Below the pieces are notes generated by a model that was not told where the DNA came from, searched no databases, and saw nothing but the letters and a program-made list of their open reading frames with translations. Shown in pieces: positions 1 through 12,020 of a stretch of 64,000 nucleotides of DNA (positions within the stretch are counted from its first letter, which is position 1; every line of letters begins with the position of its first letter). The stretch is from Vicugna vicugna (taxonomy: Eukaryota), in the NCBI GenBank assembly GCA_013265495.1, contig MU058337.1:2882686-2946685 (forward strand), read 5' to 3'. The translations under genes were made by a program, and so were the position numbers.

Positions 1-630
1 ACCATATTTTCTGAAATCCATTTCAAGCTCAACCAGCCCCAAACAAAATAGCTCAGTGCTCCCCAGACACAGATTCCTTCTGTATAGTTTTATCTCTGCG
101 ATGCAGATGTCGCTCTGAGGTTTCTGTTACAGGAACAATATCCCAAGAAAACCTTTCCTCCTCAAGGTAATGGAAGTAAAAATAATTTAGCACTGGAACG
201 TGAAACTTTCAGGTCCCTGTTTAACATTTTCCACTAGTTGGGTTCTTCCTGTCTTTTCTCCTCACTCAGTGTCCCCCTGCCTTTTCCACCTCCTGCTGCT
301 GCAGCTTAGCCAAAGACGGCTCCTCCTCACGGGTTTGGTGGCATCAGTACATGCACGTGTCCAGTCTTCTTCGTGCCCTCGCTCTCACGGTCAGAGTCCC
401 TTCAGTTTATGGGTGAGGACACAAAGGCAAGGACAAGTTGAGGACTTAAGTAGGTCTTCGGCGTATTTGCTAATCCCCAAATCATTTTCAATACATGAAA
501 ATCAAAAATTCCTTTGATTTGTCCAAACGGATTTCCACCTCGAGTGACACATACTTGATAAAAAAGTTTTTGGCCATCTACAGTGTTCCGGCATGCCTGC
601 CATTTTTCTAGACACTATATGTATGTTTAA

Positions 631-700
631 AAGGAAGGAATGAAGGATGGTAGGGAAGGAGGGAGGGAGGGAGGAAGGAGGAGAGGGGAAACAGAGAAAA
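631..700. repeat. GA-rich simple repeat, (GGAA/GGGA)n-like
   Basis: Purine-dominated tract aaggaaggaa...gggagggagggaggaaggaggagagggg read directly. Confidence 0.85.
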
Positions 701-706
701 CTGCTC

Positions 707-808
707 TGTTATTTTTCCATCACTGAGTAACAAATGGCCACACATTTAGCTCAAAATGAAACAGAGTCACCATCACACTGTCTGTGAGTTAGGAAGGTGC
801 GTTCACAC

Positions 809-841
<33 letters not shown>

Positions 842-1319
842 GTGGAGGGCGATCTAGAGTCTCTGCTCTCTGTTTCTCTGGACTGAAAACCTGAATTTGA
901 GATGTCAGCGGCGCTGGGATGTCACGCCCGGCTTAAGGTCCTCTCCCAAGCTTTGCAGGCAGAACTTAGCTCCTAGTGACTGCAGATCAGAGGTCCCATT
1001 GGCTTGTGAGTCTTCAGCAGGGTGTCACTCTCAGCTCCTGGAGGCCACCCTCAGGTCCTAGCGATGTGCCTCTCTCACCAGAGGGCATCACACCTCTTCA
1101 AAGCCAGCAGAGCAGCCTCACTACAGGAGGCTACAGGACGGACTTCCATAACGTAGCAACACCACAGGCATGACTGTTATTCACTTTGGTTAAAAACATG
1201 ATCCAGAGGATGATCTCCCATTATTTTTACCGGTTCCATCCACGCTGTAGGGGACATTATGCAGGGGGGCGGTGCAAGGGCTGGATCTTGGGGACCATCT
1301 TGGAATTCTACCTGCCACA
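707..1319 (-). mobile_element. MaLR LTR (MLT1E/F-like), degraded
   Basis: Contains gtaacaaatggccacacatttag, ggtcctctcccaagct and ends in ggggaccatcttggaattctacctgccaca, matching MLT1 termini from memory. Confidence 0.75.
809..840. repeat. (GT)n microsatellite inside the MLT1 LTR
   Basis: (GT)13 followed by atgtgt. Confidence 0.95.
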
Positions 1320-2959
1320 CTTTTCCTTATTCTGAGCGCTCTCCTTGGGAGGGACATGTTCAAGAGGCGGACAACAACAGAGAAATATATGTCTAAATCA
1401 TTGAGCATAGAAACGTAGTGATGGGGAACTAAGTCTGAAGAATGGAAACCAGAGAGTGACTCTGGAAGTTAAACAAAGAAACAGGTTCAAGTCCAACATG
1501 GTGAGATTGAACAACTTTTTTTGAAGGCCATAAATTTGGCATTCTTGATAGGCTGCAATATCTACCTTGCAGTTTTATATAGGAATTAAATGAATAATGT
1601 TTTCTCTACCTGGCAGAGAAACTCTTAGTGTCTAATATCTATTATTAGTCAAACTTTCCTGTATATGAAAGCTCTGTCATTATGAGACTAAAATGAATAT
1701 CAGTATATAAGCTAAATATTTTGTGCATCCATGATTATATATTTTTTTCTTTTTTCTTCTGCTTATTGAATTACATGTCACATGATCGGGTGAAGTTTTT
1801 TTGTACATTTGTTTTGGAAGGTCTCGGGAGAATCAAACTCTACAAAGTTCCAAAGGGCAAAGTCCATCACTTTACTCTGAAGTTGTTTCAGGGAACTTTG
1901 ACAGTCAGCGTGCCGTCCAGGGAGTAATGACCACCCTAGAAAGAGGAGTCCTGGCATGCCTGTAGGCAGCTTGAGAGTTACTGAGATGATGAGGTTCACA
2001 ATTCTGGAGAAAAATGTAGATGTGGGCAATTCCACGTACATCCAAAAGATGCAGGTAGTCAGAACTGAATATATATTTTAAATCTCAATGGAGAAAAGTG
2101 GACATAATTGTTACTATTTGTCACAAATAGAGTTTCCAACTATTTCTTTGCCTACTATAAATAACAAGCAACTCCAGAGGTTGCTGAAGGAAATCTTAGT
2201 TTATTCCCAATACTGTTTCAGAGGGAAAGGAAATGGAATGTCTTCATATCCTATTGAGGAAGAAATACGATAAGGAAGAATTATCCAGCCAAAGACTGGG
2301 GGCATGCATCGGCTGGAGTCTTGTACAGTCCATCTCACGCAGAGTCTACTTTGAAGCTACCAGTGGCGTGTATTCTGTGTGCTCTCACGGAGAAGAAAGG
2401 CGTTAAAATACTGTCCACTGCTGTCCAGGAGATGATACTTAACACATGTATTAATATTGAGAAAAGTTCCAGAATTTAAAAAATGGTGAATAAGAACTCC
2501 TACTGTGCTAGAGGAGATAAATTTAACGTCTTCTCTCTGGTTCTCTTCACTCCATGATTAAAGCACCCAACTCACCTGCCACCTTCTACTCAGCTTCTAG
2601 GGGGAAGCTCGCATTTATTGTTATCTGAATGTGACTTAATAAACCTTGCAACTTTCAAAATTTTGTCTACTTTCCCACTAATTCTCTTGCTAGAAGACAG
2701 TGGACCTCTTTTCCCCAGAGGATCAGCCAGTCCCGTGTGCTCACACTCCGGGTGATGCAGGCGCCCTCCTTCTCCTCTAGAACCACGAATGAGGGCCTGA
2801 CTGGTGGCCTGAGGGAGCAGGCGTGGGCAGGTGAGAATGATGGGGCTAGACGTCCCCAAACTCAGCTGGGCTCCTGACCACTCCCAGGGCAAAAACAGTA
2901 ACTCAGCTTCTCTGAAAAGTTTCTGTCATCATCTAACAAAGTCTTAAAACTACAACCAT

Positions 2960-3340
2960 TGTATTCACCCACAGCACATGTGACTTAAACCTTTGAGTTC
3001 TGTATGCGCTCAGCACTTGGGGAGGTCAGCAGTTTGGGCTGGGCTCATAGGAGGATCCTGCTGGCCTTGCTGGGTGTCACGCAGGTGACTGCAGTCATCT
3101 GAGCTGTGATGGGACAGTGACGGCTTTCAGGGCTTCAGCTGGGACTGCGCCACAGGTAACAAGCTTCCACTCCTGCCCCGGCAGCACTGTGTTTCAGCTG
3201 AACAGGTGCTGAAAGGCCACTTGAAACTTAGACTTTGGGTGGCATGTCCTCTGCATTGTATTGGACAAACCAAACTAGGAGGCTGGCCCAGAACCAACCT
3301 ACGTGCTTTGGTGGGAAAAACAACAAATTCACGTGGCACA
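2960..3340 (-). mobile_element. Old MaLR LTR fragment (MLT1H/J/K-like)
   Basis: ggtcagcagtttgggctgggctca...ctgcagtcatctg and ctgcattgtattggacaaa are typical MLT1 motifs; boundaries approximate. Confidence 0.55.
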
Positions 3341-3939
3341 CACAGCGTGCTCACACCATTGGGAGGAATTACTCTGCATGTGTGCAAATCTACCAAAGTC
3401 CACTATCTCTCCACAGTAATTTACATGCTCCCTACATGTAAAAGGTGCCCCACGCCTACCTCCAGAGCATCATTCTGTTACTTAAATCAGGGCTACTGTG
3501 GGTGATGCACCTGAATGCCAGTCCTCAAGTGCACTTTCTTGGGTGTGACTCTTCATCTAGAAATGTATCAGCTAAAAACTATGCATGCAGAACAAAATAG
3601 TGACACGTGACAAGAACAACCCCAGTAGGCACTCCTGTTCAAAAAGAGTAAGAACAGGAGGCCAGAGCAGTCAGCGGTCCACAGTGATTCCAACATCCAG
3701 CAAGGCATGTGCTGCTGGGTTTCCCTCACTCCAGGGCCAAGGATGTTTGGAGATTGGCCCCAGTTCTGGTCACTGTGAGTGGAGTCAAGTTCATAGTTAC
3801 CTTCAGTTCTCAGCTCTACCCTCTGGGTCCTTGTTTACGTTCTGAGATGGTTTTCCTCTTAATAAGAAATGGTTTGTGTTTGCATCTGAGTAGCTTCCTC
3901 AGCCCACTTTCTACATGTGGAAATGAATTTAGGGTCAAA

Positions 3940-4400
3940 GGGGTCACCTTTCTCTTTTATCCATCTCAATTTCTTCTTGTGCATGCTGTTACAAGGCTCA
4001 GCAATTTGAGCTGAGCACATAGGGGAAGTTCTTGCTCTGGTGTCTTCTGAGGTCACTCACGTGGCTGTGGCCATCTTGTGGCTCACTGAGGGGCTGGCTG
4101 TCATAAGAGTCCTCTGCTGGGACGTCTGGTCTCTCTTGCATTTGGTCTTTCCCTCCACAGGCTGGATGGTTCTTCCCTACTTGGCAGCACTGTGCTCAAA
4201 GAACACAAAAGCTGAAGCCACAGAGCATTTTGATGCCTCGGCTCAGAGTTCACCCAGCATCATCTTCATCCACCATGTTGGTCAAAGCAAGTCCAGCCCA
4301 GGTAAAGAGTTGGGAAAACGGACTCCAGCCCTTGAAGGAGAGGAACAGCAAATTCACATAGTGAATGTGAAAGAACATAGTGATAAGAATAATTTTTGTG
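3940..4400 (-). mobile_element. Old MaLR LTR (MLT1H/J-like)
   Basis: aatttgagctgagcac, gtcactcacgtggctgtgg, ttggtcaaagcaagtccagcccag, ggagaggaacagcaaattcaca; accounts for most of the 182-aa ORF at 4040-4588. Confidence 0.65.
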
Positions 4401-4439
4401 GCTGTCTTTCAATCTGTCTCTTCTTCTCAAATCTTTTTT

Positions 4440-5478
4440 CAGTTTTTCCTGTAAAAAAGCAAACAAGCTCACACCATGCAAACAAAGGCAACCTACTGCT
4501 CTCTTGCCATTACTTCCTCTGCAATGGGTGCAATTATGAATCAATTTCCATTCCTCCTTCATCCTTTCTCTTACAGCAATATTTCTGAAGCTGTGTAAAG
4601 CATGATGGCACTTTGTTATGTCACATGGAACAGCTGTGAAATAAGGCTGGGTGTGTACTCTTTTAGTGATATTCTTAACAATTATTGCCTTAAGGTAGAA
4701 AATATACTCTAAGTACCATAGTATTCAATTTGTTTTAGGTCATATTCCATTTGAATATGCCATTTGTCTTAAGACATACATTTTCATGGGATGTGTGTGC
4801 TGTTGTTTCATTTGGTATTTTCCCTACTATTTCATTGCATTTTATATCTGACTTTTAAGAATTGGGTACATGACTCAAACATGAATCAGGGACACAGAGA
4901 AGTAATGATGAAAATTGTAGCAAAAGTACCACAACTGTGTAAAACATCATGAACCAAAAAAAGGATCATTTCTAGAGCAAAATGAAACATGAATTTGCAT
5001 TTGCATTGACAAGTCATCCATAAATACAATATTTTTTCATAAGCACCAAAACAAGAAGATTGTGCACAAAAGTACCATGAACATGGGAGAACAGAACTTA
5101 TTGAATTCTTGCTCCATTTGCACCTGGTTCCTAAGATGGGGTCTGTCACTCAACTTTGTAAGATTGTACACTGATGTCATTCATACATTGACCTCATTTT
5201 TAAAATGCACTGCTCTTTGTGTTAAACCAATTGTTTTTATAATTTTTCATCACAAGTTCAGTACGACGTTTATAGAACCTACTTGGTTATTTTTCTTCTT
5301 AAGTTTAAGAGAAAGGGAACAGAATCATCCAGGCATCATTCAAGTTAACACTTCTCTCCTCAGGAGAAAGTACAAGGCACTATGTTAGCTGGAAGATTGT
5401 AGAGCCAGACACTAAGTTCACACAAATATGATGCTCAGGTGGAAATCTGAAGAAGCTGTTGACAAAAACGTTGCTCTG
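4440..5478 (-). other. Putative 3' UTR of the minus-strand gene (distal end undefined)
   Basis: Follows the stop at 5479-5481; no recognisable repeat, AU-rich, several miRNA seed matches on the minus strand. No canonical AATAAA seen inside this interval. Confidence 0.45.
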
Positions 5479-5488
5479 TTAAGTGGCA
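5479..5488 (-). CDS. Coding part of terminal exon (...I-A-T-stop), unidentified gene
   Basis: Minus strand reads catatttttccatttccaacag|TGCCACTTAA, a strong acceptor; phase 2 matches the AT left by exon 9915-9960, giving ATT GCC ACT TAA. Confidence 0.6.
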
Positions 5489-7909
5489 CTGTTGGAAATG
5501 GAAAAATATGAATGCCATACAACCAAGAGAAGTCACCGTCCGGATAAGCGGAAACAATATTTTATCTCAAAGGTGAGCAAAATTAACTTGCACCATAATG
5601 TGTAGATTCTAAATCAGCCCTTAGTTTATGTGGCTAACATATCTGAGGGAGAATGTTTTAACAGTTTTTCTCTGTATCACTAAAAATACAGGTGGTAGGA
5701 AAGTATATTTTATTCAGTTATTTGATAATTTATGAGTTGTGATGTAAGCTACAGAAGAGGCTAAGGTATGTGCTGATGGAGTATCAGCAACATGGAAGGA
5801 CAATATTTAAAACATTTAGTATTTAGCACCGGTACGGCAGCTCCCTAGCAGAACAGAAGGAACCACCAGCCATCTGCGTGGAGGTGCCAGTGCACAGTAG
5901 CTAAGGTTCAGCCACCCAACGCTTACCATAGGGAAGGACACTACTGTGAAATAGATAAAGTGACAGTTTGGGGGCATCACGCTCTGCCGCCTAATTCTGA
6001 AACCAAACTTATCAAGAAGGGCTTCGATAATCTTTTCCACAAACTTGAGTTTCCGCAGCAGCCAATGCAGTTACAGCACCTCTGCTGCCCCGAGGCTGAT
6101 GCACCCCCCCGCCCCGAACCAAAGAGGGAATCGGGCTCTAGCAGGTGAATAAGTTTGCCCTTTGGAAGGAGTAAATAACAGACAAATGGAACTTTTCACT
6201 GAGAGATTTTTGAAATATAATAAATCAAGTCTTCATGGAAAAAAGTATAATACAAAATCAAGATTCCACGTTTAGAGGACTGAATAAGACATTTCACGAC
6301 CATAATGACATTTTTACACACCGAAAATGTCATCAAAAGGAGATCTGAAAACATGCTCCCAATGGTGATGTGTCCTGCCGGGTGCCCGGGACGCAGTGTC
6401 TCCGTGCTCCACTGGACTGGGGAGGGGACGCGCACAGGAAGCCGGAGGCGACTCCGTCAGGGTCACAGACGGAGTTCATAACAGCCCAAACCAGATTCTG
6501 AGGATCTAATTTTCTATTGTGATCAAATAATGTTATCTCTCACGTATTTTAAAATGCAGTTGATCATAATTAAATTCATTTCTGAACATAACAGTTCACT
6601 CTTTTATAAATATGAAAATGCATCAAGGTGGTAGGGGGCTTGGGGTATTTCATAGTTGCTTAATATCTATGAATTTGATTTATTATTTAACAAAAATGGA
6701 GCTTACCAGAATTTATAGACTCCAGTGAAAGGAAACTTTCAAATGAGTGGTCTTTGGGGGACGTAAGGTTAATTCAGCTTTAATGCACTCAAATACTGTA
6801 CATAGTTCTATATATATAATTGCAGGAATAGAACACTGCCTATTTGGTTGGGACATGCAATAATTGTAACTAATCTCTTCGCAAAAGTGTGCACAAAAGC
6901 CTCACTGGAAATATAAAATCAAAGAATTATAGAAAAGCAATCTCTACAGACCCTCAGGAGACATAATCTACCATAAACCATGGTTGTGTACTATAAATTA
7001 ATTTGTCCCCAGGGACACATTCATGGAGATTTTTTTTTTTTTAGCCCTTGGAGAGAGTTAAGGCAATTTACCAAAACACATCATTATTGGACATCTATTG
7101 AATGTCAAAAGCCATGAAGGACGCACCTCATACACAAAGCAAGTCTGTGACTTGCTTGGTCTTTTAAGAAGTTTGTCAGCTTGTCGACCCCTTCACATAC
7201 TCATTTAAATATTTTTCATGTAGATTGATATGTAACTATAAAGTTACGCACAAGCATGTTCCCAGGGATGGTCAGCCCTTGGTGGAATTAGTAGAAAGAA
7301 TGTAAGGAGGAACAAAGAAGGAGGTAGAAGAAAGAATGAATGGAGCAAAATGCTCGTGTATTGTTATTTCAACTCTTTTCTCCTTTGCATTCTACCTAGT
7401 TCTTGTTTTAGGGTGCGCACTATATTCCAACTTGTTATGAATATTTATAAAAGTCATGTTTACTACTTTTTAGTAACTAAGAATGGGTAAACCTCCTGTT
7501 AATGTTTTCTTTTTCTGAATTTTCATGACATTATTACCACTTGGATATGATTAGAAGTTGGATACAAAACCTAAAACTTAGAGAAGTTTTGACTTAATTA
7601 GCAACACAAAAATAGTATGTGTAAAGCCAATATTTTAATACAATTTCTCACTGAAGATCTCAGTCCCTCTTTGTACAAACTGTGCATGTCTTATCTTTCC
7701 TACAATATACACTGTGATTAAAGGCGGGTCGGCACACCCAGATCATCTATAGCAAACGTAGCAGGGTGCCTGCTCAGGAAAGAGTGTGTGGTCAGGAACT
7801 ACTCAGTGTAATGTCGCTTTCCTAACTTACCCATAATTTGACTTCTACCCTCGTATGTCTCCAATCTTAATTAACTCTTTAACTTATGGATTCCTGAAGG
7901 TGATAATTT

Positions 7910-8420
7910 ATTTATGAATATCATTCAACAACTTTGGGACTCTGATATGTGTCAGGTGATTTGCTGGGTGCTAGGAATGCAAAAATGATCTTTTTTTTTT
8001 TAAGAATAGTTTCTTATCTTTGGGGATGTAGAGATTAGACATAATAAACATATGTGGTATGAAAATAAAAGTGCTCTGATAGACATATGTATTGCTGTGA
8101 CATTGGCCATAACAAAGGAAATAGAAAATGATCTCAGATAAACAGAAACAGATTCTTAGCAAAGAGGTTGGCATTCATAGCTCAGTCTGGGATGAGAGCC
8201 ATGCACAGGGAAGGGAGGACATTGCAGGCGCAGGGACCAGCATGACCAAGGACCCAGACAAGTCGTCCCGGAAGTATGCTGGTGGGGGTGGGTATTCATA
8301 TAATTCAGTAAGATATGACCATGAGGGTGAGGAAAGAACAGTAAAAAATGAAGATGGGAAGATGTGCAGAAGCCACCCCAAAGGTAGTTTATATAAATCT
8401 TAAGTGAAGAAGGGTGGCGT
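7910..8420 (-). mobile_element. L2 LINE 3' fragment
   Basis: tcattcaacaac...atgtgtcagg...gggtgctaggaatgcaaa is the reverse of the L2 3' end; downstream purine-rich L2-like body. Confidence 0.6.
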
Positions 8421-9129
8421 TTTACTTGGGAGAGGAAGACGACGCGTGCTGCGTTTTAGCCTTGTGCATGTCACTGACATGGGGGACAGCTAAATGAAAC
8501 AAAAACAACCAGAATAATCTCTTTGTGGTTTGAACATGATTTGATGAAGAACTGAAGTCCGGTGACGGCAGGAACCAGAGAGTAGAAATCAGACAGGATA
8601 AATGGGAAACTGCAAAGGAGAATACAATGATTCTTGAGGATCATGAAGAGCGCAATGTAAACTGAGAATTACATACTTTTTGTGACATAATCAAAATGAA
8701 AACTAGGACTACGCACCAGAAATGATGAAGGCTTTGCCGTGTGTTTGTGAGACCAGCTTCTCCTTCGGGAGCACGTGACAACGAGAAGAGTCTAGACACG
8801 CTGGGTTTCCGTCTCTGCATCCCTCAGGGCTGTTCATCCCCTCTGCACTGCTGCCTCGAGGCTGTGCTGGGAAGCGCTGCCTTTGTGTGAGCCACGGGGT
8901 CTCAGTCTTTACTGATCAGGTCACTGAGTATGTTCCTAGCAACCGTATCTTCCTCACGTAGGCTTGGCAAAGTACTTTCTGCAAGTCACTTTTTAATCCC
9001 CGATCTCCGATCGAGAGCACACTGAGTCAGAAAGAGGACTGATTGTGAAGGACACCACTATCGCCCGGAGAGCAGCCATTTATACACCAGCCTGGAGCAC
9101 CTGGAATAGTTTCACGGCATTGGAACCTG

Positions 9130-9290
9130 ATGTGTCCTTAGCAATTACTTTATCCAAATTCTCGTTTTACAGAGAAAGAAACTGATGTCCCAAGAGGTTT
9201 TAATAAACTGTGGCCATTCAGGTAATTCATGGTAGATACAGAAACAGAATTAAAAATTTTGGGACCTAAAATATGGTGCCATCGCCTTCT
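9130..9290 (-). mobile_element. MIR SINE fragment
   Basis: ttttacagagaaagaaactgatgtcccaagagg MIR core. Confidence 0.55.
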
Positions 9291-9454
9291 ATTGACCAAG
9301 TGAATTCAAGAATCCCGCAGGTAGAATTTTGGAAAAGTCATATCAAGAAAGATTTAGGTGAGAGTCAGAGAGAACTCCCAAAACTCTTACGATGTGCCAA
9401 AAGAGTAAGTAAGGTTTATGTTCCAAATTGAATACACTTGGATTCCTCACTTAC

Positions 9455-9504
9455 AGATTTCTAATCCCCTACTGGTGTATGGTTTTTATCCAGCTATTGT
9501 ATAC
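9455..9504 (-). CDS. Candidate 50-nt cassette exon carrying an alternative stop (M-Y-T-I-A-G-stop; stop 9486-9488)
   Basis: Minus strand reads gctgctttgtcacag|GTATACAATAGCTGGATAA...AAATCT|gtaagt; consensus donor, short pyrimidine tract; read in phase 2 after exon 9915-9960. Confidence 0.45.
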
Positions 9505-9914
9505 CTGTGACAAAGCAGCTTTCATTTTGTTTCGCGTAACTGACCTGATAGGACACACAAAAGTGTTAGCATATAATTTCTTACAGCTGTGGCCATAGCC
9601 CCAATTACCAAAGGTTAGTACTTCGCCCTACTCGTGACAAATATTATCAGGCTGACTCATTACAACGTACAGAGCCTTCTAATAGGAACCAGTTTTGGAG
9701 TGAGTGTAAATTTACAAGTTGTTTGAAGCAAAAACATTTTTCTATGTTACTCTACAATCATATAAATGGAAAATTACTGTGAATGTGTGTGTGATCAGTG
9801 AAAGAGAAGCTGTATGTTAAGTATCTGGATTTGCAACTGTAGTCTAAATTCAAATACACTGTGGCTAAAAATATAAGCGCATACTTTATTATTTATATAG
9901 TTTAAAAAACTTAC

Positions 9915-9960
9915 ATTTGTGAATTTTCAGCTTGCATCTCGACTACCTGGCGTCCGTGAT
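9915..9960 (-). CDS. 46-nt internal coding exon (D-HGRQVVEMQAENSQ), unidentified gene
   Basis: Minus strand reads tctctcttccctactttttaaccgcatcag|ATCACGG...CACAAAT|gtaagt; long pyrimidine tract, TTAAC branch-like motif, perfect donor; only one frame is open. Confidence 0.7.
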
Positions 9961-10362
9961 CTGATGCGGTTAAAAAGTAGGGAAGAGAGAAGAGGTCGAC
10001 CACAACACACACTTCCAGCTCTGGGACGCACAGAGCTGATTGCTGTCCGGGTTCAGTTATGTTTTCCAAGTAATGTTTACACACCTTGGCTTCCAGATTC
10101 TCTGAATTCTTGCCTTGCACTGCACTGTTTATACTCCTTGAAATCCGATGAAAACTGTGTGAAAGCTTAGTTTACATATTTGTCCCAAACCTCATCCAGC
10201 TACACATTCATGTTTTTCAAATGGGCGATTGCAATGTAAATGAATGTGGTCTTTTAAACCGTAATGTGCAGATTGTAGCTACTGTAATGTATGCTGAAAC
10301 AACTTTCAGCAATATTGCATTCTTATGGTGCGGCTTGCTTTCTCCCCCTGTTTTGTTAAATA

Positions 10363-10770
10363 TATCATTCAGGTTAGGCTAGGTTTTGCCAAGTTTAACA
10401 ATTCAGTCAGGCAATGATTCAGACAACAGAGACGTTGGTTAGCGTGGTGAAGCAACCCTGAAATTTCGTGGGAATTTTATAAAAGACGTTTTAGTTTTCG
10501 TGAAAGCCCTGTTTCTTTTGTAAGAAAGCAGGACGTCCATCCATTGCAGCCACTCAGGATTCCAGGCAAATCGGGTAGCTGGATAACAGACCACAGAAAA
10601 CAATATTTCATTGGCAACTAAATACCACTGGCCTGGGCCTGACCTGCAGCTCAGTGGCCAGAATTAGTCACGAGATCCCCACCAAAGAGGCCAGGAAGCA
10701 GAGTCCCAAAATGTGCCCAGAAGTCTGAGAATCAGAAATATTTGACCAATAACTCTGAAGATTATCTCAG
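10363..10770 (-). mobile_element. Old MaLR LTR (MLT1J/K-like)
   Basis: tcaggttaggctaggttttgc start, gtggccagaattagtcac and tgtgcccagaag...agaaatattt end motifs. Confidence 0.6.
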
Positions 10771-10824
10771 GCAATAATTAAATGTACATTGTGTTATTGG
10801 TAACAGAATCAGAAAGGCAAGTTC

Positions 10825-11525
10825 TAAGCATTTCTTGATATATTTTAACTCATTTAATTCTACAGCAGCTGTACTATGTTGGCACCTGTGGACTGAAATA
10901 AATGTGCAGCCTGAAAGTTGACAGTTTTGTTTTATTAGGTGGGAGGACTCGAGCCGGGATGGCAGCCTCTCAGATGGCTCCGAGGGGCTGCTCCGAAGAG
11001 GTAGGGGAGGAGCTAGGACATATAGGAGCTTTACAACAAGGACCAGGTAGTTGGAACCTTAAAAGATTGCTTGTTATCTGAAGAAAACCAGGCATCTCAA
11101 GTTAAAGAATTTAGCGCTTTTCTATGTATGGGAGGGAGCAAACATTTGGGCTCATTGAATTCATTCCTTTGACAAGCACCTAGCTATCTAGGGCCAGTGT
11201 CCTGTCCTTTCTTATTCTGAGTCCCCTCAGGGAGCACCACTGTGAGTGGCTTCAGGCGCCAGGCTGCAGGCTTGTCTTCACTGGGGGGCGGCAGCAGTGG
11301 CTGATGGCTTGATGGTTTCAGCATTCTTTGTTTACTGATAGGGTTTGCAGTATTTTTCGTTCACACACCCTTCCTCATACAGCCCTTTTAGATGAAGAAA
11401 CTAAGCTCAGAAGAGTTAAGTAACTTGCCCTTAGTCACACAGTGAATGAGTGGCAGAATTGGGATGCAAACCCAGCCATTCCATCTCCAGAAATTCATGT
11501 TCTTAATCATTGCTCTACACTACTT
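10825..11525 (-). mobile_element. MIR SINE split by the LTR at 10887-11365
   Basis: aactcatttaattctacagcagc before the LTR; ttttagatgaagaaactaagctcagaagagttaagtaacttgccc...gggatgcaaacccag after it. Confidence 0.75.
10887..11365 (-). mobile_element. Solo ERV1-type LTR with 4-bp TSD (CACC)
   Basis: TG...CA termini, CACC at 10883-10886 and 11366-11369; reverse complement is homologous to 51359-51850. Confidence 0.9.
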
Positions 11526-11559
11526 CGAGTTTTAAGAATTTATTGAGCACCGATTACAT

Positions 11560-11825
11560 TCTAGACTCATGGTGATTAAGATCACACGCTCTGTGGCTGG
11601 TTGGAATCTTTCGTTTGCCTCCACACACTGCGCCCCAGCCCTGGAGTTGTTCTCTAACTCAGGCAAGGCACTTAAATCACCTCTGACCTTCACTATCTTC
11701 ATCTGATAAATGCAGGTGCTGATGACAATACCTGGCTTAGAGGATGATTATGAGAATGAAATGACTAAGTGTATGTAAAGCACTGACTGCACTGGCCTGT
11801 AGTGAGCACTCATAATGCTGTCAAA
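11560..11825 (+). mobile_element. MIR SINE
   Basis: ggcaaggcacttaa...cttcatctgataaatg...gattatgagaatgaaatga...tgtaaagcact MIR core and tail. Confidence 0.7.
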
Positions 11826-11844
11826 TTACACAAGAAAACAAGGG

Positions 11845-12020
11845 CTCTTACAGTATTTCATTTAATGTTCGCAAGGACCCTTTGAGATGCGTCTTACTAC
11901 TCCAGGCTTAAGACCGCGAAACCAGGGCTCCGAGGGATGAAGCAATTGCCCTGGTGTCACAGAGTCTTGAGTGGCATGCTTGGGGTCCCAGTCCAGATCC
12001 CTCTAGCTGCTAAATACCTT
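11845..12020 (-). mobile_element. MIR SINE fragment
   Basis: tttcatttaat...gaaaccagggctccgagggatgaagcaattgccctggtgtcacag. Confidence 0.55.

Noticed and set aside
4040..4588. 182-aa plus-strand ORF, the longest in the track
   Set aside because: Mostly overlaps a degraded MLT1 LTR, has a non-ATG start and no recognisable protein similarity.
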